DNA of 40,330 nt from a virus. Its lineage: Duplodnaviria; Caudoviricetes. Under the pieces are notes generated by a model. That model saw only the letters and a list, made by a program, of their open reading frames with translations. It was not told where the DNA came from and made no database searches. The translations under genes were made by a program, and so were the position numbers. The stretch spans positions 1 through 40,330 of the IMG/VR virus record IMGVR_UViG_3300010358_000006; one strand, 5' to 3'. Numbering within the stretch: the first letter of the stretch is position 1; every line of letters starts with the position of its first letter. Shown here piece after piece: positions 15,881 through 22,421 of the stretch.

Positions 15881-16123
15881 CTAGTGGTCGGGGTTCTCGG
15901 TGTCATCGTAACCGGGCTCGTCGCCGGCGAGGTACCGCTCGAGCTCGGTGCGGGGTATCCGTGTCGAGCGACCAAGTTTGACGCTGCGTATCCCTCGCGC
16001 CGCGATGGCGGGGTCGTCGCTGCGGCCGACCTTGATAAGGCGAGTGATCGTGCGGCGCGACTGCTTCGACAACTCGACCACCTGCGCGATTGTGTAGAGC
16101 TCGAGCGGGTCGTGGTGTGGCAT
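15881..16123 (-). CDS. xis: Excisionase / MerR-like HTH
   Basis: YTIAQVVE..SRRTITRLI..G..SVKLGRSTRIPRTELERYL; GAGGTG RBS. Confidence 0.8.
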   Translation of the reverse strand: MPHHDPLELYTIAQVVELSKQSRRTITRLIKVGRSDDPAIAARGIRSVKLGRSTRIPRTELERYLAGDEPGYDDTENPDH

Positions 16124-16173
16124 CGCGATCACCTCGGCGCCCCTTCTAGCGCATCCCCCGTGAGCGCACCCAC

Positions 16174-16240
16174 GCGCCACGGCGCGCCACCGCGCGACCT
16201 GTGGCGCACCGACGCGACAGGGTACGCCATAAGGTGCCAC
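16174..16240. repeat. 10-bp-phased GCGCCAC-like repeats upstream of xis
   Basis: GCGCCAC at 16174 and 16184; ACGCCAT 16224; GTGCCAC 16234; inverted copy at 16201. Same motif as in the attP region. Confidence 0.6.
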
Positions 16241-16310
16241 GTGAAACTTCGCGCATTTTGCGGCGTTTTCGTCCCGGGCAAACGAACCGCTACCCGCACG
16301 TTGCGGCAAG

Positions 16311-16342
16311 CATGTCTACTTACTAGACCTTGCATCGTGCAA
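16311..16342. promoter_or_regulatory. Operator palindromes GTCTA-N5-TAGAC (16314-16328) and TTGCA-N3-TGCAA (16330-16342) in the divergent switch region
   Basis: 16/18 identity of 16328..16311 with the 2199-2216 operator. Confidence 0.7.
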
Positions 16343-16348
16343 ACTTTG

Positions 16349-16512
16349 ATGGCGGCGGGGCGGTGGCTCACCTCTCTCGCAGGGGTATTGAGCGACCGCC
16401 CCGCCATGACATAGCCGCGAGAGGTCGCCAACCGCCTCACGCATTTTCCTCTCTCGTTCATCCGTCTAAGTCCTCCCTGCCGCAAGGCGGCTTGGGCGGT
16501 AAGCGAGAGAGG
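16349..16512 (+). ncRNA. Candidate structured RNA/leader upstream of the repressor candidate
   Basis: Long stems at 16349-16407 and 16448-16512; GCAA tetraloop; duplicated CCTCTCTCG. Confidence 0.4.
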
Positions 16513-16669
16513 GTGCTGCCGCGCGCGATGCTAGCGACGCCGCAACCATTTGGGGCGGGCGGTGCTGACGCCGATGTCGCAAAATGCGGCGACTTTCTTG
16601 CCGCGCCGCCCAGAAACGTGCGATGCTCGGCACGTTACCGTGCCCGAGACGCCACTACCGTCCGACGCG

Positions 16670-16918
16670 ATGCCCGGTGGCCGCAAGCCCGGCCGACCCC
16701 TCACCGGCCTTGAGCTCAAATACGTGCGCCTCGTGCTCGAGGTGCGCGGGCGCGCGCATAGCTACGCGAGCACCTATGACGAGCGGCTCGAGGATTTCGT
16801 GCTCGGGTTGCGCGAGGACGGCTGCTCGGCGCGGGGGATCGCGGACGCGCTCGGCGTCGGCGCCTCGACGGTGCAAACGTGGACGGCGCACGCAAGGCAG
16901 CGGCGCCGCCGCTGTTAG
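16670..16918 (+). CDS. Small HTH protein, candidate immunity repressor (start uncertain)
   Basis: Divergent from xis-int; GCSARGIADALGVGASTVQTW HTH. Confidence 0.7.
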   Translation: MPGGRKPGRPLTGLELKYVRLVLEVRGRAHSYASTYDERLEDFVLGLREDGCSARGIADALGVGASTVQTWTAHARQRRRRC

Positions 16919-17205
16919 CGCGGCGGCAGTTCGACGGTCGGGTACTCGGAGGTCGGCTCGGGCGGCGGCTCGAGCTCGGGCGGCGAGCTCGGCGGGGTGT
17001 CGTTGATGATGCGCCCACCGAGGTAGGTGGCGATGGCGCCGATAGCAGCGCCGAGCGCCGTCGATAGCAGCGTCGACGATTCGGTCGAGAGGTTGCCGGT
17101 GCCGCCGCCCGCCTCGGTGTAGGCGGCACCAATCGCGAGCGCGACCAAGGCGATAGCGACGCCGGCGGCGAGGATGAGCGCGACGAGCGAGTAGGAGCGG
17201 TTCAT
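16915..17205 (-). CDS. Two-TM membrane protein (holin-like)
   Basis: Two hydrophobic helices; Pro/Glu tail; lies in the lysis cassette. Confidence 0.6.
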   Translation of the reverse strand: MNRSYSLVALILAAGVAIALVALAIGAAYTEAGGGTGNLSTESSTLLSTALGAAIGAIATYLGGRIINDTPPSSPPELEPPPEPTSEYPTVELPPR

Positions 17206-17206
17206 G

Positions 17207-17473
17207 TCAATCCTTCAGGCAGGTCCATATCGCGGTTTCGCCGTCTTGGTGTTCGAGCACGAGCTCGCCGGCGCTGAACCCGTTGGGGCAGGTGACGGCG
17301 CCGGGTGGTCCGGGTGGCCCGGGTGGCCCAACCGGACCAGCCGGGCCGGTCGCGCCTTGCGGTCCGGTGCCGACGTTGACGGTCACGGTTCGCGCCGGCG
17401 TGCTCGCACCGTTGACGGCTTGCGAGGTGAGGAACCCGGCGCCGCCGGCGAGCGCGACCGCCGCGGCGACCAA
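17207..17473 (-). CDS. Membrane-anchored collagen-repeat protein (start uncertain)
   Basis: Hydrophobic N-terminus; GPQGATGPAGPVGPPGPPGPPG; C-terminal Cys pair. Confidence 0.65.
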   Translation of the reverse strand: MVAAAVALAGGAGFLTSQAVNGASTPARTVTVNVGTGPQGATGPAGPVGPPGPPGPPGAVTCPNGFSAGELVLEHQDGETAIWTCLKD

Positions 17474-17475
17474 GG

Positions 17476-17673
17476 CTATGGGTTTGAGTGCTCCGACCGT
17501 CGGTCCTCCTCTAGTTCGTGTTCAAGGTGGAGACCTTCGCGGAGCGCGTCAAGCCGGCGTGCGCATTCCTCGAGTCCGCGTTTGCGCTCGAAGCGGATGC
17601 CGAGCCACGCGCTAACCACGCTGCCGACCCCCGACAGAAACGCCCCGATGGCGGCGAGTTGGTCCGGGCTCAC
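17476..17673 (-). CDS. Single-TM protein of the lysis cassette
   Basis: N-terminal hydrophobic helix followed by a charged tail. Confidence 0.6.
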   Translation of the reverse strand: MSPDQLAAIGAFLSGVGSVVSAWLGIRFERKRGLEECARRLDALREGLHLEHELEEDRRSEHSNP

Positions 17674-17676
17674 CCG

Positions 17677-17802
17677 TCACTCGTCGTCGCCTGCGTCGGG
17701 TTGGTCGGGTGCGTCGGGGTGCGCCCACGGCTCGGCCGGCTCGCTTTCGGGTTCGGGTTGCGGCTCGGGCCACTCCGGTTCGGGGGGCTCGGGTTCGCTC
17801 AT
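17677..17802 (-). CDS. 41-aa acidic Pro/Glu-rich peptide
   Basis: AAGGAG RBS; ATGA overlap with the endolysin stop. Confidence 0.5.
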   Translation of the reverse strand: MSEPEPPEPEWPEPQPEPESEPAEPWAHPDAPDQPDAGDDE

Positions 17803-18755
17803 GACAACTCCTTTGCTCGCTTGATGACCTGGTCGATGGGGAACGAGCCCCCACAATCCCAATGCCCTCCGCCCCAACTCCCGAGGTCGGCGTGTTGGCA
17901 CACGCCGCGCCCCGAGCCTTGCGCCTGCGACGCCGTTAGCTTGGTGATGGGGATGGCGAACGCTTTCGCTTCCTCGGCGATCCACCGCGCGACGTTCTCG
18001 AGCATGTCGGGGTGGCGCTGCCACTCGCTCGAGCTCCACTTCGCGAAAGCGCACAATTCCGTTTGCACGGCTACCGGGTTCGCGCCTGCCGAGGTCCACG
18101 CCTTGCCGTCGCGTTTCACGTACTCGCCGATCACGCCGGGTTTGTCGTCGATACCGGTGTGCGACGACACGCCCGAGCTCGAGCTCGCGAAAAACGACCC
18201 GAGCGACTCGATGGTCGTGGCGCCCTCCGCGGTATGGAGCACGATGAGGCGCACCGAGGCGCCGCCGCGGCTCGAGTAGTTCGGCGACGGCATCGCCTTG
18301 CGGGTGAGCGGCCCCGGCTTGCTCGGCGCCGGCGGCGCCGCCTTGAACAGGTCGTAGGCTTGGTCGATGAGTTTCGCGGCAGTCTGGTCCATCGCCATTT
18401 CGCCGGCGTGCGGTTTGCCCTCGGGCACGCGTATCGAGCGCAAGGTGTTGAACGTTTTTTCGCCGATGTAGCCGGTGGGGTCGAGGTTTTGCTGCCGCTG
18501 CACGCCGGCGACACCGCTCGAGCCGACGTCGCCGCCCGCCTTGCCGTGCGCGAACGAGTTTGAGTACGCGCGGTCGAACGTTTGCCACGGCCAGCGGCCG
18601 GCGCGGCTCACCGTGCGCTTGTATGCCTCGACGTCAGGACCGTCGCTCGACGGCGTGTGCCCCTTGACGTCGGGCGGGTACAGCGGGCGCGGGAACCCTT
18701 TCACCGCAACCATCTTCCCGCCTTTGTACGGCTTGGTCGACCATTCGTTTGCCAC
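17799..18755 (-). CDS. Endolysin: N-terminal peptidoglycan-binding-like region plus Amidase_2
   Basis: SPNYSSR..IVLHTAEG..SSH..E..H..HWDCG. Confidence 0.9.
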   Translation of the reverse strand: MANEWSTKPYKGGKMVAVKGFPRPLYPPDVKGHTPSSDGPDVEAYKRTVSRAGRWPWQTFDRAYSNSFAHGKAGGDVGSSGVAGVQRQQNLDPTGYIGEKTFNTLRSIRVPEGKPHAGEMAMDQTAAKLIDQAYDLFKAAPPAPSKPGPLTRKAMPSPNYSSRGGASVRLIVLHTAEGATTIESLGSFFASSSSGVSSHTGIDDKPGVIGEYVKRDGKAWTSAGANPVAVQTELCAFAKWSSSEWQRHPDMLENVARWIAEEAKAFAIPITKLTASQAQGSGRGVCQHADLGSWGGGHWDCGGSFPIDQVIKRAKELS

Positions 18756-18841
18756 CTACGGCACCCCTTTCGCGCTAAGGTCGGGACGCCGCAGAAACCG
18801 GGGGGTCGGGTTGCCGCAGGCTCGGCCCCCTCACCTCTTTC

Positions 18842-18973
18842 CTACGCGCTCTTGTCGTCCTCGTCCTCGTCGCCGTCCTCGTCGCCGTCCTCCTCCTCGG
18901 GGTCCGGCTCGACCGGGTCAACGGGTGCGCCGCTCGGCGTCGTCGGCTCAACCGGCTCGCTCGTTTCGCTCAT
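18842..18973 (-). CDS. 43-aa highly acidic peptide
   Basis: GGAGGT RBS; MSETSEPVEP..EEEDGDEDGDEDEDDKSA. Confidence 0.55.
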   Translation of the reverse strand: MSETSEPVEPTTPSGAPVDPVEPDPEEEDGDEDGDEDEDDKSA

Positions 18974-18991
18974 GTCACCTCCCTCCGTCGT

Positions 18992-19570
18992 TTACGACGA
19001 TGCGATTGCGTGCCAGTTCACGGCGGCGACCGTGCCGGCGCCGGTGAGGTTCCTTGCGACGTACACGTCGAACGTCGTGGTTCCCGTCGAACGCACCTCG
19101 ACGTGGTAGCCGTCCCAATATGTCGACTGCCCGATGTTCGGGGTAACGACCACGACCGGCACCGCCGCGAACGTGATCCCGAACCCGATTGTGTATTGCG
19201 CGCCGCCGTAGTCGGCGGTGATTGAGAGTCCTGTCGCGGTGCCGTACGCGATCCGGGGTCCGGTTGGGGGTAGCTGCGCCGCCGGCACCCTGCCGGACGC
19301 GTCGAGGCTCGCGTACCCGTTCGCCTGCCCTTTCTGCGAAATCAACTGGTACAGGTTCGACAGGCTTGGGATTTGCGACGCGACGATGAGGCCGCCGCCG
19401 TCGAGCCCGGCGTACCCGTTCGGTTGGTTCTTTTCGGAGCGAAGCTGCACCGTCGACGGCGTCACGAGCAGCGGGTCAACGGCGTTCGCGAGCGCACCAA
19501 TGTCGTGCGGCACGTCGGCGCGGTCCGAGAGTTGCGGGTACGGCAGCGCGTGAATCGGTGTAGTCGGCAT
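18992..19570 (-). CDS. Short tail fibre / baseplate-associated protein with a C-terminal lectin-like domain
   Basis: LPYP..D.ADVP.D..ALA; two K.Q.NGYA.LD..G repeats; FG.TF...P.V..WHAIA. Confidence 0.7.
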   Translation of the reverse strand: MPTTPIHALPYPQLSDRADVPHDIGALANAVDPLLVTPSTVQLRSEKNQPNGYAGLDGGGLIVASQIPSLSNLYQLISQKGQANGYASLDASGRVPAAQLPPTGPRIAYGTATGLSITADYGGAQYTIGFGITFAAVPVVVVTPNIGQSTYWDGYHVEVRSTGTTTFDVYVARNLTGAGTVAAVNWHAIASS

Positions 19571-20292
19571 TAGGCGGCCTCCTCGGTCGGCGCGACGCCG
19601 GGTTCGTCGTGCGACATCGTGCGGTAGTCGGGGTACGCGTTGTAGACGTCCTGGTAGGTGTTGAACCGGTCTTTGACCATTTGGTAGCTCTGACCGTCTT
19701 GGGTTTGGTAGTTGAGCACCAAGCCGGCGGGTTTCTGCGAGAGAATCCCGCGGAGCGTCGCGGCCGGGTCGGGGGTTTGGTCGGTGAACGTCATCACCGT
19801 CAAGTAGTAGGCGTAGTTCGGGGTGTCGGCGGGGTCGTGGTCGCGCTCCCATATGTAGACGGAGCGGTTCCCGGTGAGTGTCGAGTAGGCGGCGCCGTAG
19901 ATCGCGGCGCGGGTGCCGCGCCTGAACCCGTCGGTTGAGGCGATGCGAGCTCGCATGTCGTCGGGGCTCGAGCCGGGGAGGGTTCTGACGCCGACGAACT
20001 GCCCGAGCCACGGCAGCGCCTCGTCGGGGCACCGGTTCAGGTCCATCAATGGCGACCATCCGGGCCCGTCGGTGGTGTCGCGCGCCCAATCCTCCGGCAA
20101 CTGGAACGCGGTGCCAATCGCGTTGCACAAGATGAGCAGCGCCCACGCGTTATCGGGGTCGGTTTGCGCGAGCGGCGCGAGCATGCCGTAGAGCCGCGCC
20201 GCGAACGTGTCAGGCGTGAGCTCCACGGGTGGCGCCGGCAGGTCGTACTCGACGGCGCGGCGCAGGTGCGGTATCGCGTGGACGACGTTCAT
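19570..20292 (-). CDS. Baseplate/tail protein (P2 gpI-like)
   Basis: CP.EALPWLGQFVGV..RRGT..QKPAGL; follows gpJ. Confidence 0.75.
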   Translation of the reverse strand: MNVVHAIPHLRRAVEYDLPAPPVELTPDTFAARLYGMLAPLAQTDPDNAWALLILCNAIGTAFQLPEDWARDTTDGPGWSPLMDLNRCPDEALPWLGQFVGVRTLPGSSPDDMRARIASTDGFRRGTRAAIYGAAYSTLTGNRSVYIWERDHDPADTPNYAYYLTVMTFTDQTPDPAATLRGILSQKPAGLVLNYQTQDGQSYQMVKDRFNTYQDVYNAYPDYRTMSHDEPGVAPTEEAA

Positions 20293-21470
20293 GTTTCCGC
20301 GGTCACCGTGCCGTTGATGGTCCCGGCCTTGGGCATCGGCGCGACACCGGCGAGCGTGACGTCGGCGGTGCCCAAGGCGCCGCCGGAAGCGGCGAGGGTG
20401 ACGGTGTTGACGAAATCGACGCCGTCGACGCGGTCGATGAGCGCGATGAGCTCGTTATGCCGCACCACGGTCGCGTTGAGCCACGAGCGCCCGGAGGTGT
20501 CGCCGAACGGCGGCACCCCCCACGAGCCGGGGTCAAGGTAGTTCCGCACCGCGGTGATCGCGCGTGCCTGCACGTCGGCGGGGTCCCACCCCGGAAACGA
20601 GGTCGCGGCGAACGTCACGTCAACGGTGGTGTAGGTGGGGTCAACGACGAACACGAGGAAGTTGACCTCGCGCGCGGCTTGCAAGAGGTCGTCGACCTCT
20701 TGTTTCACCGTGGGCGCGACCGGCTGCCCGTCGGAGTCGCACACGGCGACGGTGACGCACCGTGGCACGTTCGTCGCCGGTGGTGGGCCGGGGTTGTAGA
20801 GGTCGATGGCGGTGGCCCTCGCGACGCCGGCGACCTGCCGTTGCGCGAGCACCGCGAAGTCTTGGGGGAGGATGGGCCGCGGCGAGAGCAGCGTGAGCAG
20901 CGCCGAGAGCCGTGCGAGGTACGCGGCGGTCGTTTCGGCGTCCTGCCCGCCGCTCGTCGCGCCGTCGAGCGTGACCGTTTTCACAAATGTCAGTTGGTCG
21001 ATGACGGTGACGGCGCCGGTCACGCCGCTTGCCTCACTGCCCGCCTGCAGCGCACGCGAGACAACACCGGTCGCCGTCGATGAGCCGGCAGGAATCGTGA
21101 ACGCCGCGTCGACGGCGAACGCGTACCCGGTCGAGCTCGCCGGCGGCGTCACCGCGATCACGGTGCCCGCCGGCACCGTGTACCCGGCCGTATCGGTCGC
21201 GGTCCAGTCGGTTACCGCGGTCGCCTGCACGGCAGCGAACGGTGGTAGCCCCAAGATGCTCGCGCCGAAATAGGCGAATATCGAGTCGGGCACCAATGCG
21301 GTGAGCGTGCGGAGCTCGCCGGCGATTTGCGCGAGCGATTCGACGAGCCACGCCTCGAGGTTGCCGTTCGCCGGCGTCCAGTTCGGCACCTTGCCGGCGA
21401 TGTAGTCGAACGCCTCGTTTGCGAGGTCGACGGGGTCGGTGTCGACGGGCACGGGTATGTATGAGCTCAT
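20289..21470 (-). CDS. Baseplate J-like protein
   Basis: W.P..GN.E..L.E; GG.DAET...Y..RL; DF..LA..V.GV.RA. Confidence 0.9.
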   Translation of the reverse strand: MSSYIPVPVDTDPVDLANEAFDYIAGKVPNWTPANGNLEAWLVESLAQIAGELRTLTALVPDSIFAYFGASILGLPPFAAVQATAVTDWTATDTAGYTVPAGTVIAVTPPASSTGYAFAVDAAFTIPAGSSTATGVVSRALQAGSEASGVTGAVTVIDQLTFVKTVTLDGATSGGQDAETTAAYLARLSALLTLLSPRPILPQDFAVLAQRQVAGVARATAIDLYNPGPPPATNVPRCVTVAVCDSDGQPVAPTVKQEVDDLLQAAREVNFLVFVVDPTYTTVDVTFAATSFPGWDPADVQARAITAVRNYLDPGSWGVPPFGDTSGRSWLNATVVRHNELIALIDRVDGVDFVNTVTLAASGGALGTADVTLAGVAPMPKAGTINGTVTAET

Positions 21471-21471
21471 C

Positions 21472-21834
21472 TCACTCCTCCGTTCTCACGCTCACGTCAA
21501 CCTCGACGTGCGCGATGAGCACGTCGAGGAGGTCGGGGTAGGTGTCGAGCACCAAGGCGGCGCGGGGTTCCCACGCCTCGACGGTGTCGCGTATCTCGTC
21601 GAGGTCCGGGGCCGGCACCGCGAACGTGGGGTCGGTCAACCCGAACGCCGGCAACTCGACGCGGAACCCGGCGGGGCACACGAGCACCGCGAACACGCAA
21701 TCGGCGATTTCGTCGAGTGAGTCCTGCTCGTTCACGGCAGCGGCAGGCCCGCCCCTGACGGCGTTGGTGAACCGGAACGGCAGCGAGAAATGCGGCACCT
21801 CCGTCGGCGCCCACGGGTCGCTAAGGCTGCTCAC
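21472..21834 (-). CDS. Baseplate wedge gp25/GPW-like protein
   Basis: GTG 21834; FSLPFRF..C..G.R.E.P.FG..D..WEPRA. Confidence 0.85.
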   Translation of the reverse strand: MSSLSDPWAPTEVPHFSLPFRFTNAVRGGPAAAVNEQDSLDEIADCVFAVLVCPAGFRVELPAFGLTDPTFAVPAPDLDEIRDTVEAWEPRAALVLDTYPDLLDVLIAHVEVDVSVRTEE

Positions 21835-22040
21835 GCGACCGCGCTGCCCCTTTTCGGCGACCCGTTCGAGCTCGCCACGAGCGTCGCGAGCCGCTCCTCG
21901 AAATCGTGCGCGTACACGAGTAGCCCGTCGATGCCGAACACCGTGTCGGGCTGCTCCGGTTGCGCCTCGGCGGTGACCTTGCCGTCGTCGTCGACGTCTT
22001 GGAGCACCGGCAGAATCATGAACTTGTACGTGCGGTACAT
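21831..22040 (-). CDS. Hypothetical protein
   Basis: TGATG and GTGA overlaps with its neighbours. Confidence 0.65.
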   Translation of the reverse strand: MYRTYKFMILPVLQDVDDDGKVTAEAQPEQPDTVFGIDGLLVYAHDFEERLATLVASSNGSPKRGSAVA

Positions 22041-22225
22041 CAGGGCGCCGGCGACATCGTCGGGATGATGTCCACACCGGCGACGCCGGCGCCGACGACG
22101 TTGAGGTTGACGGTGTCCTTTGTCTCGTCGCCGCCGAGCGCCTTGAGGACCGCGTCGGCGGCCTCGGTGGGCGTGAGCGTCCACGCGTCGCCGGGTTGGA
22201 TCGTGACGGTTGCGTTCACCTGCAT
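22040..22225 (-). CDS. Small protein, paralog of 22236..22412
   Basis: AGGAGG RBS; LKALGGDETKD. Confidence 0.7.
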   Translation of the reverse strand: MQVNATVTIQPGDAWTLTPTEAADAVLKALGGDETKDTVNLNVVGAGVAGVDIIPTMSPAP

Positions 22226-22235
22226 GATTGACCTC

Positions 22236-22412
22236 CTAGCGCGGCAGGGCTGCCGGGGTTATCTCGGTCGGTGGCGGGGTGTGCCCGGCGGTGACAGAAA
22301 CACCGATTGAGTCTTTGGTCGGGTCGCCGCCGAGCGCGGTAAGCATCTCGGCCGGCGACATCGTCGGTGTCTCGTCGCCGTCCGCGAGGTTTATCTGGAT
22401 GCTGATGTTCAT
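22236..22412 (-). CDS. Small protein (58 aa), paralog of 22040..22225
   Basis: AAGGAGG RBS; MNISIQINLADG..LTALGGDPTKD. Confidence 0.7.
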   Translation of the reverse strand: MNISIQINLADGDETPTMSPAEMLTALGGDPTKDSIGVSVTAGHTPPPTEITPAALPR

Positions 22413-22421
22413 GCTCCTCCT

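Noticed and set aside
16368-16420. HDV-like ribozyme (CCT-CTCTCGC-AGG resembles P3/L3)
   Set aside because: No compatible P1/P1.1/P2 pairing could be built.
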